From the NCBI RefSeq assembly GCF_009914755.1, contig NC_060940.1: DNA of 64,000 bases; one strand, given 5' to 3'. The translations under genes were made by a program, and so were the position numbers. The notes under the pieces are model-generated. The model made no database searches. It worked only from the letters and a program-made list of their open reading frames with translations, and was not told the DNA's origin. This DNA is from the human T2T-CHM13v2.0 reference genome, Homo sapiens. Positions 12,923 to 27,100 of this stretch are shown in pieces. The first letter of the stretch is position 1; the number at the start of each line of letters is the position of its first letter.

Positions 12923-15900
12923 GTGATGTGTGCGTTCAACTCACAGAGTTTAACTTTTCTTTTCATTCAGCAGTTTGGAAACACTCTGTTTGTAAAGTCT
13001 GCAAGTGGATATCTTGGCCTCTTAGAGGCCTTCGTTGGAAACGGGTTTTTTCATGTAAGGTTAGACAGAGGAATTCCCAGTAACTTCCTTGTGTTGTGTG
13101 CATTCAACTCACAGAGTTGAATGATTCTTTACACAGAGCAGATTTGAGACACTCTTTTGGTGGAATTTGTAAGTGGAGAATTCAGCTGCTTTGAGGTCAA
13201 CGGTAGAAAAGGAAATATCTTCGTATAAAAACTAGACAGAATGATTCTCAGAAACTGTTTTGCGATGTGTGCGTTCAACTCACAGAGTTTAACCTTTCTT
13301 TTCAAAGAGCAGTTAGGAAACACTCTGTTTGTAAAGTCTGCAAGTGGATATTCAGACCTCTTTGAGGCCTTCGTTGGAAACGGGATTTCTTCATATTATG
13401 CTAGACAGATGAATTCTCAGTAACTTCCTTGTGTTGTGTGTATTCAACTCACAGAGTTGAACGATCCTTTACACAGAGCAGATTTGAAACACTGTTTTTC
13501 TGGAATTTGCAAGTGGAGATTTCAGCCGCTTTGAGGTCAATGGTAGAAAAGGAAATATCTTCGTATAAAAACTAGACAGAATGATTCTCAGAAACTCCTT
13601 TATGATGTGTGCGTTCAACTCACAGAGTTTAACCTTTCTTTTCACAGAGCAGTTAGGAAACACTCTGTTTGTGAAGCCTGCCAGTGGATATTCGGACCTC
13701 TTTGAGGCCTTCGTTGGAAACGGGATTTCTTCATATTATGCTATTCAGAAGATTTCTCAGTAACTTCTTTGTGTTGTGTATATGCAACTCACAGAGTTCA
13801 ACCTTCCTTTAGACAGAGCAGATTTGAAACACTCTTTTTGTGGAATTTGCAAGTGGAGATTTCAAGCGCTTCGATGCCAATGGTAGAAAAGGAAATATCT
13901 TCGTATAAAAACAAGACAAACTCGTTCCCAGACACTGCGTAGTGATGTGTGTGTTTAACTCACAGAGTTTAACCTTTCTTTTCATACAGCATTCTGGAAA
14001 CCCTGTGTTTGTAAAGTCTGCAAGTGGATATTTGGACCTCTTAGATGCCTTCGTTGGAAACGGGATTTCTTCATATAATGCTAGAGGGAAGAATTCTTAG
14101 TAACTTCTTTGTGTTGTGTGTATTCAACTGACAGAGTTGAACCTTCCTTTAGACAGAGCAGATTTGAAAGTCTCTTTTTGTGGAATTTGCAAGTGGAGAT
14201 TTCAAGCGCTTTGAGGCCAAAAGCAGAAAAGGAAATATTTTCCTATAAAAACTCGACAGAATCTTTCTCAGAAACTGCTCTGGGATGTGTGCGTTCAACT
14301 CACAGAGTTTAACTTTTCTTTTCATTCAGCAGTTTGGAAACACTCTGTTTGGAAAGTCTGCACGTGGATATTTTGACCTCTTTGAGGCCTTCGTTGGAAA
14401 CGGGTTTTTTTCATGTAAGGCTAGACAGAAGAAATCTCAGTAACTTCCTTGTGTTGTGTGTATTCAACTGACAGAGTTGAACCTTCCTTTAGACAGAGCA
14501 GATTCGAAACACTCTTTTTCTGCAATTTGCAAGTGGAGACTTCAAGCGCTTTGAGGCCAAAGGCAGAAAAGGAAATATCTTCGTATAAAAACCCGACAGA
14601 ATCATTCTCAGAAACTGCTCTGTGATGTGTGCGTTCAACTCACAGAGTTTAACTTTTCTTTTCATTCAGCAGTTTGGAAACACTCTGTTTGTAAAGTCTG
14701 CAAGTGGATATCTTGGCCTCTTAGAGGCCTTCGTTGGAAACGGGTTTTTTCATGTAAGGTTAGACAGAGGAATTCCCAGTAACTTCCTTGTGTTGTGTGC
14801 ATTCAACTCACAGAGTTGAATGATTCTTTACACAGAGCAGATTTGAGACACTCTTTTGGTGGAATTTGTAAGTGGAGAATTCAGCCGCTTTGAGGTCAAC
14901 GGTAGAAAAGGAAATATCTTCGTATAAAAACTAGACAGAATGATTCTCAGAAACTGTTTTGTGATGTGTGCGTTCAACTCACAGAGTTTAACCTTTCTTT
15001 TCAAAGAGCAGTTAGGAAACACTCTGTTTGTAAAGTCTGCAAGTGGATATTCAGATCTCTTTGAGGCCTTCGTTGGAAACGGGATTTCTTCATATTATGC
15101 TAGACAGATGAATTCTCAGTAACTTCCTTGTGTTGTGTGTATTCAACTCACAGAGTTGAACGATCCTTTACACAGAGCAGATTTGAAACACTGTTTTTCT
15201 GGAATTTGCAAGTGGAGATTTCAGCCGCTTTGAGGTCAATGGTAGAAAAGGAAATATCTTCGTATAAAAACTAGACAGAATGATTCTCAGAAACTCCTTT
15301 GTGATGTGTGCGTTCAACTCACAGAGTTTAACCTTTCTTTTCACAGAGCAGTTAGGAAACACTCTGTTTGTGAAGCCTGCCAGTGGATATTCGGACCTCT
15401 TTGAGGCCTTCGTTGGAAACGGGATTTCTTCATATTATGCTAGACAGAAGATTTCTCAGTAACTTCTTTGTGTTGTGTGTATGCAACTCACAGAGTTCAA
15501 CCTTCCTTTAGACAGAGCAGATTTGAAACACTCTTTTTGTGGAATTTGCAAGTGGAGATTTCAAGCGCTTCGATGCCAATGGTAGAAAAGGAAATATCTT
15601 CGTATAAAAACAAGACAAACTCGTTCCCAGACACTGCGTAGTGATGTGTGTGTTTAACTCACAGAGTTTCACCTTTCTTTTCATACAGCATTCTGGAAAC
15701 CCTGTGTTTGTAAAGTCTGCAAGTGGATATTTGGACCTCTTAGATGCCTTCGTTGGAAACGGGATTTCTTCATATAATGCTAGAGGGAAGAATTCTTAGT
15801 AACTTCTTTGTGTTGTGTGTATTCAACTGACAGAGTTGAACCTTCCTTTAGACAGAGCAGATTTGAAAGTCTCTTTTTGTGGAATTTGCAAGTGGAGATT

Positions 15901-18900
15901 TCAAGCGCTTTGAGGCCGAAAGCAGAAAAGGAAATATTTTCCTATAAAAACTCGACAGAATCTTTCTCAGAAACTGCTCTGGGATGTGTGCGTTCAACTC
16001 ACAGAGTTTAACTTTTCTTTTCATTCAGCAGTTTGGAAACACTCTGTTTGGAAAGTCTGCACGTGGATATTTTGACCTCTTTGAGGCCTTCGTTGGAAAC
16101 GGGTTTTTTTCATGTAAGGCTAGACAGAAGAAATCTCAGTAACTTCCTTGTGTTGTGTGTATTCAACTGACAGAGTTGAACCTTCCTTTAGACAGAGCAG
16201 ATTCGAAACACTCTTTTTCTGCAATTTGCAAGTGGAGACTTCAAGCGCTTTGAGGCCAAAGGCAGAAAAGGAAATATCTTCGTATAAAAACCCGACAGAA
16301 TCATTCTCAGAAACTGCTCTGTGATGTGTGCGTTCAACTCACAGAGTTTAACTTTTCTTTTCATTCAGCAGTTTGGAAACACTCTGTTTGTAAAGTCTGC
16401 AAGTGGATATCTTGGCCTCTTAGAGGCCTTCGTTGGAAACGGGTTTTTTCATGTAAGGTTAGACAGAGGAATTCCCAGTAACTTCCTTGTGTTGTGTGCA
16501 TTCAACTCACAGAGTTGAATGATTCTTTACACAGAGCAGATTTGAGACACTCTTTTGGTGGAATTTGTAAGTGGAGAATTCAGCCGCTTTGAGGTCAACG
16601 GTAGAAAAGGAAATATCTTCGTATAAAAACTAGACAGAATGATTCTCAGAAACTGTTTTGTGATGTGTGCGTTCAACTCACAGAGTTTAACCTTTCTTTT
16701 CAAAGAGCAGTTAGGAAACACTCTGTTTGTAAAGTCTGCAAGTGGATATTCAGACCTCTTTGAGGCCTTCGTTGGAAACGGGATTTCTTCATATTATGCT
16801 AGACAGATGAATTCTCAGTAACTTCCTTGTGTTGTGTGTATTCAACTCACAGAGTTGAACGATCCTTTACACAGAGCAGATTTGAAACACTGTTTTTCTG
16901 GAATTTGCAAGTGGAGATTTCAGCCGCTTTGAGGTCAATGGTAGAAAAGGAAATATCTTCGTATAAAAACTAGACAGAATGATTCTCAGAAACTCCTTTG
17001 TGATGTGTGCGTTCAACTCACAGAGTTTAACCTTTCTTTTCACAGAGCAGTTAGGAAACACTCTGTTTGTGAAGCCTGCCAGTGGATATTCGGACCTCTT
17101 TGAGGCCTTCGTTGGAAACGGGATTTCTTCATATTATGCTAGACAGAAGATTTCTCAGTAACTTCTTTGTGTTGTGTGTATGCAACTCACAGAGTTCAAC
17201 CTTCCTTTAGACAGAGCAGATTTGAAACACTCTTTTTGTGGAATTTGCAAGTGGAGATTTCAAGCGCTTCGATGCCAATGGTAGAAAAGGAAATATCTTC
17301 GTATAAAAACAAGACAAACTCGTTCCCAGACACTGCGTAGTGATGTGTGTGTTTAACTCACAGAGTTTCACCTTTCTTTTCATACAGCATTCTGGAAACC
17401 CTGTGTTTGTAAAGTCTGCAAGTGGATATTTGGACCTCTTAGATGCCTTCGTTGGAAACGGGATTTCTTCATATAATGCTAGAGGGAAGAATTCTTAGTA
17501 ACTTCTTTGTGTTGTGTGTATTCAACTGACAGAGTTGAACCTTCCTTTAGACAGAGCAGATTTGAAAGTCTCTTTTTGTGGAATTTGCAAGTGGAGATTT
17601 CAAGCGCTTTGAGGCCAAAAGCAGAAAAGGAAATATTTTCCTATAAAAACTCGACAGAATCTTTCTCAGAAACTGCTCTGGGATGTGTGCGTTCAACTCA
17701 CAGAGTTTAACTTTTCTTTTCATTCAGCAGTTTGGAAACACTCTGTTTGGAAAGTCTGCACGTGGATATTTTGACCTCTTTGAGGCCTTCGTTGGAAACG
17801 GGTTTTTTTCATGTAAGGCTAGACAGAAGAAATCTCAGTAACTTCCTTGTGTTGTGTGTATTCAACTGACAGAGTTGAACCTTCCTTTAGACAGAGCAGA
17901 TTCGAAACACTCTTTTTCTGCAATTTGCAAGTGGAGACTTCAAGCGCTTTGAGGCCAAAGGCAGAAAAGGAAATATCTTCGTATAAAAACCCGACAGAAT
18001 CATTCTCAGAAACTGCTCTGTGATGTGTGCGTTCAACTCACAGAGTTTAACTTTTCTTTTCATTCAGCAGTTTGGAAACACTCTGTTTGTAAAGTCTGCA
18101 AGTGGATATCTTGGCCTCTTAGAGGCCTTCGTTGGAAACGGGTTTTTTCATGTAAGGTTAGACAGAGGAATTCCCAGTAACTTCCTTGTGTTGTGTGCAT
18201 TCAACTCACAGAGTTGAATGATTCTTTACACAGAGCAGATTTGAGACACTCTTTTGGTGGAATTTGTAAGTGGAGAATTCAGCTGCTTTGAGGTCAACGG
18301 TAGAAAAGGAAATATCTTCGTATAAAAACTAGACAGAATGATTCTCAGAAACTGTTTTGTGATGTGTGCGTTCAACTCACAGAGTTTAACCTTTCTTTTC
18401 AAAGAGCAGTTAGGAAACACTCTGTTTGTAAAGTCTGCAAGTGGATATTCAGACCTCTTTGAGGCCTTCGTTGGAAACGGGATTTCTTCATATTATGCTA
18501 GACAGATGAATTCTCAGTAACTTCCTTGTGTTGTGTGTATTCAACTCACAGAGTTGAACGATCCTTTACACAGAGCAGATTTGAAACACTGTTTTTCTGG
18601 AATTTGCAAGTGGAGATTTCAGCCGCTTTGAGGTCAATGGTAGAAAAGGAAATATCTTCGTATAAAAACTAGACAGAATGATTCTCAGAAACTCCTTTGT
18701 GATGTGTGCGTTCAACTCACAGAGTTTAACCTTTCTTTTCACAGAGCAGTTAGGAAACACTCTGTTTGTGAAGCCTGCCAGTGGATATTCGGACCTCTTT
18801 GAGGCCTTCGTTGGAAACGGGATTTCTTCATATTATGCTAGACAAAAGATTTCTCAGTAACTTCTTTGTGTTGTGTATATGCAACTCACAGAGTTCAACC

Positions 18901-21900
18901 TTCCTTTAGACAGAGCAGATTTGAAACACTCTTTTTGTGGAATTTGCAAGTGGAGATTTCAAGCGCTTCGATGCCAATGGTAGAAAAGGAAATATCTTCG
19001 TATAAAAACAAGACAAACTCGTTCCCAGACACTGCGTAGTGATGTGTGTGTTTAACTCACAGAGTTTCACCTTTCTTTTCATACAGCATTCTGGAAACCC
19101 TGTGTTTGTAAAGTCTGCAAGTGGATATTTGGACCTCTTAGATGCCTTCGTTGGAAACGGGATTTCTTCATATAATGCTAGAGGGAAGAATTCTTAGTAA
19201 CTTCTTTGTGTTGTGTGTATTCAACTGACAGAGTTGAACCTTCCTTTAGACAGAGCAGATTTGAAAGTCTCTTTTTGTGGAATTTGCAAGTGGAGATTTC
19301 AAGCGCTTTGAGGCCAAAAGCAGAAAAGGAAATATTTTCCTATAAAAACTCGACAGAATCTTTCTCAGAAACTGCTCTGGGATGTGTGCGTTCAACTCAC
19401 AGAGTTTAACTTTTCTTTTCATTCAGCAGTTTGGAAACACTCTGTTTGGAAAGTCTGCACGTGGATATTTTGACCTCTTTGAGGCCTTCGTTGGAAACGG
19501 GTTTTTTTCATGTAAGGCTAGACAGAAGAAATCTCAGTAACTTCCTTGTGTTGTGTGTATTCAACTGACAGAGTTGAACCTTCCTTTAGACAGAGCAGAT
19601 TCGAAACACTCTTTTTCTGCAATTTGCAAGTGGAGACTTCAAGCGCTTTGAGGCCAAAGGCAGAAAAGGAAATATCTTCGTATAAAAACCCGACAGAATC
19701 ATTCTCAGAAACTGCTCTGTGATGTGTGCGTTCAACTCACAGAGTTTAACTTTTCTTTTCATTCAGCAGTTTGGAAACACTCTGTTTGTAAAGTCTGCAA
19801 GTGGATATCTTGGCCTCTTAGAGGCCTTCGTTGGAAACGGGTTTTTTCATGTAAGGTTAGACAGAGGAATTCCCAGTAACTTCCTTGTGTTGTGTGCATT
19901 CAACTCACAGAGTTGAATGATTCTTTACACAGAGCAGATTTGAGACACTCTTTTGGTGGAATTTGTAAGTGGAGAATTCAGCTGCTTTGAGGTCAACGGT
20001 AGAAAAGGAAATATCTTCGTATAAAAACTAGACAGAATGATTCTCAGAAACTGTTTTGTGATGTGTGCGTTCAACTCACAGAGTTTAACCTTTCTTTTCA
20101 AAGAGCAGTTAGGAAACACTCTGTTTGTAAAGTCTGCAAGTGGATATTCAGACCTCTTTGAGGCCTTCGTTGGAAACGGGATTTCTTCATATTATGCTAG
20201 ACAGATGAATTCTCAGTAACTTCCTTGTGTTGTGTGTATTCAACTCACAGAGTTGAACGATCCTTTACACAGAGCAGATTTGAAACACTGTTTTTCTGGA
20301 ATTTGCAAGTGGAGATTTCAGCCGCTTTGAGGTCAATGGTAGAAAAGGAAATATCTTCGTATAAAAACTAGACAGAATGATTCTCAGAAACTCCTTTGTG
20401 ATGTGTGCGTTCAACTCACAGAGTTTAACCTTTCTTTTCACAGAGCAGTTAGGAAACACTCTGTTTGTGAAGCCTGCCAGTGGATATTCGGACCTCTTTG
20501 AGGCCTTCGTTGGAAACGGGATTTCTTCATATTATGCTAGACAGAAGATTTCTCAGTAACTTCTTTGTGTTGTGTGTATGCAACTCACAGAGTTCAACCT
20601 TCCTTTAGACAGAGCAGATTTGAAACACTCTTTTTGTGGAATTTGCAAGTGGAGATTTCAAGCGCTTCGATGCCAATGGTAGAAAAGGAAATATCTTCGT
20701 ATAAAAACAAGACAAACTCGTTCCCAGACACTGCGTAGTGATGTGTGTGTTTAACTCACAGAGTTTCACCTTTCTTTTCATACAGCATTCTGGAAACCCT
20801 CTGTTTGTAAAGTCTGCAAGTGGATATTTGGACCTCTTAGATGCCTTCGTTGGAAACGGGATTTCTTCATATAATGCTAGAGGGAAGAATTCTTAGTAAC
20901 TTCTTTGTGTTTTGTGTATTCAACTGACAGAGTTGAACCTTCCTTTAGACAGAGCAGATTTGAAAGTCTCTTTTTGTGGAATTTGCAAGTGGAGATTTCA
21001 AGCGCTTTGAGGCCAAAAGCAGAAAAGGAAATATTTTCCTATACAAACTCGACAGAATCTTTCTCAGAAACTGCTCTGGGATGTGTGTGTTCAACTCACA
21101 GAGTTTAACTTTCTTTTCATTCAGCAGTTTGGAAACACTCTGTTTGGAAAGTCTGCACGTGGATATTTTGACCTCTTTGAGGCCTTCGTTGGAAACGGGT
21201 TTTTTTCATGTAAGGCTAGACAGAAGAAATCTCAGTAACTTCCTTGTGTTGTGTGTATTCAACTGACAGAGTTGAACCTTCCTTTAGACAGAGCAGATTC
21301 GAAACGCTCTTTTTCTGCAATTTGCAAGTGGAGACTTCAAGCGCTTTGAGGCCAAGGCAGAAAAGGAAATATCTTCGTATAAAAACCCGACAGAATCATT
21401 CTCAGAAACTGCTCTGTGATGTGTGCGTTCAACTCACAGAGTTTAACTTTTCTTTTCATTCAGCAGTTTGGAAACACTCTGTTTGTAAAGTCTGCAAGTG
21501 GATATCTTGGCCTCTTAGAGGCCTTCGTTGGAAACGCGTTTTTTCATGTAAGGTTAGACAGAGGAATTCCCAGTAACTTCCTTGTGTTGTGTGCATTCAA
21601 CTCACAGAGTTGAATGATTCTTTACACAGAGCAGATTTGAGACACACTTTTGGTGGAATTTGTAAGTGGAGAATTCAGCCGCTTTGAGGTCAACGGTAGA
21701 AAAGGAAATATCTTCGTATAAAAACTAGAAAGAATGATTCTCAGAAACTGTTTTGTGATGTGTGCGTTCAACTCACAGAGTTTAACCTTTCTTTTCAAAG
21801 AGCAGTTAGGAAACACTCTGTTTGTAAAGTCTACAAGTGGATATTCAGACCTCTTTGAAGCCTTCGTTGGAAACGGGATTTCATCATATTATGCTAGACA

Positions 21901-23114
21901 GATGAATTCTCAGTAACTTCCTTGTGTTGTGTGTATTCAACTCACAGAGTTGAACGATCCTTTACACAGAGTAGATTTGAAACACTGTTTTTCTGGAATT
22001 TGCAAGTGGAGATTTCAGCCGCTTTGAGGTCAATGGTAGAAAAGGAAATATCTTCGTATAAAAACTGGACAGAATGATTCTCAGAAACTCCTTTGTGATG
22101 TGTGCGTTTAACTCACAGAGTTTAACCTTTCTTTTCACAGAGCAGTTAGGAAACACTCTGTTTGTGAAGCCTGCCAGTGGATATTCGGACCTCTTTGAGG
22201 CCTTCGTTGGAAACGGGATTTCTTCATATTTTGCTAGACAGAAGATTTCTCAGTAACTTCTTTGTGTTGTGTATATGCAACTCACAGAGTTCAACCTTCC
22301 TTTAGACAGAGCAGATTTGAAACACTCTTTTTGTGGAATTTGCAAGTGGAGATTTCAAGCGCTTCGATGCCAATGGTAGAAAAGGAAATATCTTCGTATA
22401 AAAACAAGACAAACTCGTTCCCAGACACTGCGTAGTGATGTGTGTGTTTAACTCACAGAGTTTAACCTTTCTTTTCATACAGCATTCTGGAAACCCTCTG
22501 TTTGTAAAGTCTGCAAGTGGATATTTGGACCTCTTAGATGCCTTCGTTGGAAACGGGATTTCCTCATATAATGCTAGAGGGAAGAATTCTTAGTAACTTC
22601 TTTGTGTTGTGTGTATTCAACTGACAGAGTTGAACCTTCCTTTAGACAGAGCAGATTTGAAAGTCTCTTTTTGTGGAATTTGCAAGTGGAGATTTCAAGC
22701 GCTTTGAGGCCAAAAGCAGAAAAGGAAATATTTTCCTATAAAAACTCGACACAATCTTTCTCAGAAACTGCTCTGGGATGTGTGCGTTCAACTCACAGAG
22801 TTTAACTTTTCTTTTCATTCAGCAGTTTGGAAACACTCTGTTTGGAAAGTCTGCACGTGGATATTTTGACCTCTTTGAGGCCTTCGTTGGAAACGGGTTT
22901 TTTTCATGTAAGGCTAGACAGAAGAAATCTCAGTAACTTCCTTGTGTTGTGTGTATTCAACTGACAGAGTTGAACCTTCCTTTAGACAGAGCAGATTCGA
23001 AACGCTCTTTTTCTGCAATTTGCAAGTGGAGACTTCAAGCGCTTTGAGGCCAAAGGCAGAAAAGGAAATATCTTCGTATAAAAACCCGACAGAATCATTC
23101 TCAGAAACTGCTCT
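12923..23114 (+). repeat. Run of six 10-mer HORs
   Basis: Anchors at 12923, 14622, 16321, 18020, 19719, 21416 and 23115, spaced 1697-1699 apart. Confidence 0.9.
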
Positions 23115-24128
23115 GTGATGTGCGCGTTCAACTCACAGAGTTTAACTTTTCTTTTCATTCAGCAGTTTGGAAACACTCTGTTTGTAAAGTCTGCAAGTGG
23201 ATATCTTGGCCTCTTAGAGGCCTTCGTTGGAAACGGGTTTTTTCATGTAAGGTTAGACAGAGGAATTCCCAGTAACTTCCTTGTGTTGTGTGCATTCAAC
23301 TCACAGAGTTGAATGATTCTTTACACAGAGCAGATTTGAGACACTCTTTGGGTGGAATTTGTAAGTGGAGAATTCAGCCGCTTTGAGGTCAACGGTAGAA
23401 AAGGAAATATCTTCGTATAAAAACTAGACAGAATGATTCTCAGAAACTGTTTTGTGATGTGTGCGTTCAACTCACAGAGTTTAACCTTTCTTTTCAAAGA
23501 GCAGTTAGGAAACACTCTGTAAAGTCTGCAAGTGGATATTCAGACCTCTTTGAGGCCTTCGTTGGAAACGGGATTTCTTCATATAATGCTAGAGGGAAGA
23601 ATTCTTAGTAACTTCTTTGTGTTGTGTGTATTCAACTGACAGAGTTGAACCTTCCTTTAGACAGAGCAGATTTGAAAGTCTCTTTTTGTGGAATTTGCAA
23701 GTGGAGATTTCAAGCACTTTGAGGCCAAAAGCAGAAAAGGAAATATTTTCCTATAAAAACTAGAGAGAATCATTCTCAGAAACTGCTCTGTGATGTGTGT
23801 GTTCAACTCACAGAGTTTAACTTTCTTTTCATTCAGCAGTTTGGAAACACTCTGTTTGGAAAGTCTGCACGTGGATATTTTGACCTCTTTGAGGCCTTCG
23901 TTGGAAACGGGTTTTTTTCATGTAAGGCTAGACAGAAGAAATCTCAGTAACTTCCTTGTGTTGTGTGTATTCAACTGACAGAGTTGAACCTTCCTTTAGA
24001 CAGAGCAGATTCGAAACGCTCTTTTTCTGCAATTTGCAAGTGGAGACTTCAAGCGCTTTGAGGCCAAAGGCAGAAAAGGAAATATCTTCGTATACAAACC
24101 CGACAGAATCATTCTCAGAAACTGCTCT
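23115..24128 (+). repeat. 6-mer HOR variant (1014 bp)
   Basis: Same junction and 4-bp deletion as the unit at 34. Confidence 0.9.
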
Positions 24129-27100
24129 GTGATGTGTGCGTTCAACTCACAGATTTTAACTTTTCTTTTCATTCAGCAGTTTGGAAACACTCTGTTTGTA
24201 AAGTCTGCAAGTGGATATCTTGGCCTCTTAGAGGCCTTCGTTGGAAACGCGTTTTTTCATGTAAGGTTAGACAGAGGAATTCCCAGTAACTTCCTTGTGT
24301 TGTGTGCATTCAACTCACAGAGTTGAATGATTCTTTACACAGAGCAGATTTGAGACACACTTTTGGTGGAATTTGTAAGTGGAGAATTCAGCCGCTTTGA
24401 GGTCAACGGTAGAAAAGGAAATATCTTCGTATAAAAACTAGAAAGAATGATTCTCAGAAACTGTTTTGTGATGTGTGCGTTCAACTCACAGAGTTTAACC
24501 TTTCTTTTCAAAGAGCAGTTAGGAAACACTCTGTTTGTAAAGTCTGCAAGTGGATATTCAGACCTCTTTGAAGCCTTCGTTGGAAACGGGATTTCATCAT
24601 ATTATGCTAGACAGATGAATTCTCAGTAACTTCCTTGTGTTGTGTGTATTCAACTCACAGAGTTGAACGATCCTTTACACAGAGCAGATTTGAAACACTG
24701 TTTTTCTGGAATTTGCAAGTGGAGATTTCAGCCGCTTTGAGGTCAATGGTAGAAAAGGAAATATCTTCGTATAAAAACTGGACAGAATGATTCTCAGAAA
24801 CTCCTTTGTGATGTGTGCGTTCAACTCACAGAGTTTAACCTTTCTTTTCACAGAGCAGTTAGGAAACACTCTGTTTGTGAAGCCTGCCAGTGGATATTCG
24901 GACCTCTTTGAGGCCTTCGTTGGAAACGGGATTTCTTCATATTTTGCAAGACAGAAGATTTCTCAGTAACTTCTTTGTGTTGTGTGTATGCAACTCACAG
25001 AGTTCAACCTTCCTTTAGACAGAGCAGATTTGAAACACTCTTTTTGTGGAATTTGCAAGTGGAAATTTCAAGCGCATCGGTGCCAATGGTAGAAAAGGAA
25101 ATATCTTCGTATAAAAACAAGACAAACTCGTTCCCAGACACTGCGTAGTGATGTGTGTGTTTAACTCACAGAGTTTAACCTTTCTTTTCATACAGCATTC
25201 TGGAAACCCTGTGTTTGTAAAGTCTGCAAGTGGATATTTGGACCTCTTAGATGCCTTCGTTGGAAACGGGATTTCTTCATATAATGCTAGAGGGAAGAAT
25301 TCTTAGTAACTTCTTTGTGTTGTGTGTATTCAACTGACAGAGTTGAACCTTCCTTTAGACAGAGCAGATTTGAAAGTCTCTTTTTGTGGAATTTGCAAGT
25401 GGAGATTTCAAGCGCTTTGAGGCCAAAAGCAGAAAAGGAAATATTTTCCTATAAAAACTCGACAGAATCATTCTCAGAAACTGCTCTGTGATGTGTGCGT
25501 TCAACTCACAGAGTTTAACTTTTCTTTTCATTCAGCAGTTTGGAAACACTGTTTGGAAAGTCTGCACGTGGATATTTTGACCTCTTTGAGGCCTTCGTTG
25601 GAAACGGGTTTTTTTCATGTAAGGCTAGACAGAAGAAATCTCAGTAACTTCCTTGTGTTGTGCGTATTCAACTGACAGAGTTGAACCTTCCTTTAGACAG
25701 AGCAGATTCGAAACACTCTTTTTCTGCAATTTGCAAGTGGAGACTTCAAGCGCTTTGAGGCCAAAGGCAGAAAAGGAAATATCTTCGTATAAAAACCCGA
25801 CAGAATCATTCTCAGAAACTGCTCTGTGATGTGTGCGTTCAACTCACAGAGTTTAACTTTTCTTTTCATTCAGCAGTTTGGAAACACTCTGTTTGTAAAG
25901 TCTGCAAGTGGATATCTTGGCCTCTTAGAGGCCTTCGTTGGAAACGGGTTTTTTCATGTAAGGATAGACAGAGGAATTCCCAGTAACTTCCTTGTGTTGT
26001 GTGCATTCAACTCACAGAGTTGAATGATTCTTTACACAGAGCAGATTTGAGACACTCTTTGGGTGGAATTTGTAAGTGGAGAATTCAGCCGCTTTGAGGT
26101 CAACGGTAGAAAAGGAAATATCTTCGTATAAAAACTAGACAGAATGATTCTCAGAAACTGTTTTGTGATGTGTGCGTTCAACTCACAGAGTTTAACCTTT
26201 CTTTTCAGAGAGCAGTTAGGAAACACTCTGTTTGTAAAGTCTGCAAGTGGATATTCAGACCTCTTTGAGGCCTTCGTTGGAAACGGGATTTCTTCATATT
26301 ATGCTAGACAGATGAATTCTCAGTAACTTCCTTGTGTTGTGTGTATTCAACTCACAGAGTTGAACGATCCTTTACACAGAGCAGATTTGAAACACTGTTT
26401 TTCTGGAATTTGCAAGTGGAGATTTCAGCCGCTTTGAGGTCAATGGTAGAAAAGGAAATATCTTCGTATAAAAACTAGACAGAATGATTCTCAGAAACTC
26501 CTTTGTGATGTGTGCGTTCAACTCACAGAGTTTAACCTTTCTTTTCACAGAGCAGTTAGGAAACACTCTGTTTGTGAAGCCTGCCAGTGGATATTCGGAC
26601 CTCTTTGAGGCCTTCGTTGGAAACGGGATTTCTTCATATTATGCTAGACAGAAGATTTCTCAGTAACTACTTTGTGTTGTGTGTATGCAACTCACAGAGT
26701 TCAACCTTCCTTTAGACAGAGCAGATTTGAAACACTCTTTTTGTGGAATTTGCAAGTGGAGATTTCAAGCGCTTCGATGCCAATGGTAGAAAAGGAAATA
26801 TCTTCGTATAAAAACAAGACAAACTCGTTCCCAGACACTGCGTAGTGATGTGTGTGTTTAACTCACAGAGTTTCACCTTTCTTTTCATACAGCATTCTGG
26901 AAACCCTCTGTTTGTAAAGTCTGCAAGTGGATATTTGGACCTCTTAGATGCCTTCGTTGGAAACGGGATTTCTTCATATAATGCTAGAGGGAAGAATTCT
27001 TAGTAACTTCTTTGTGTTGTGTGTATTCAACTGACAGAGTTGAACCTTCCTTTAGACAGAGCAGATTTGAAAGTCTCTTTTTGTGGAATTTGCAAGTGGA

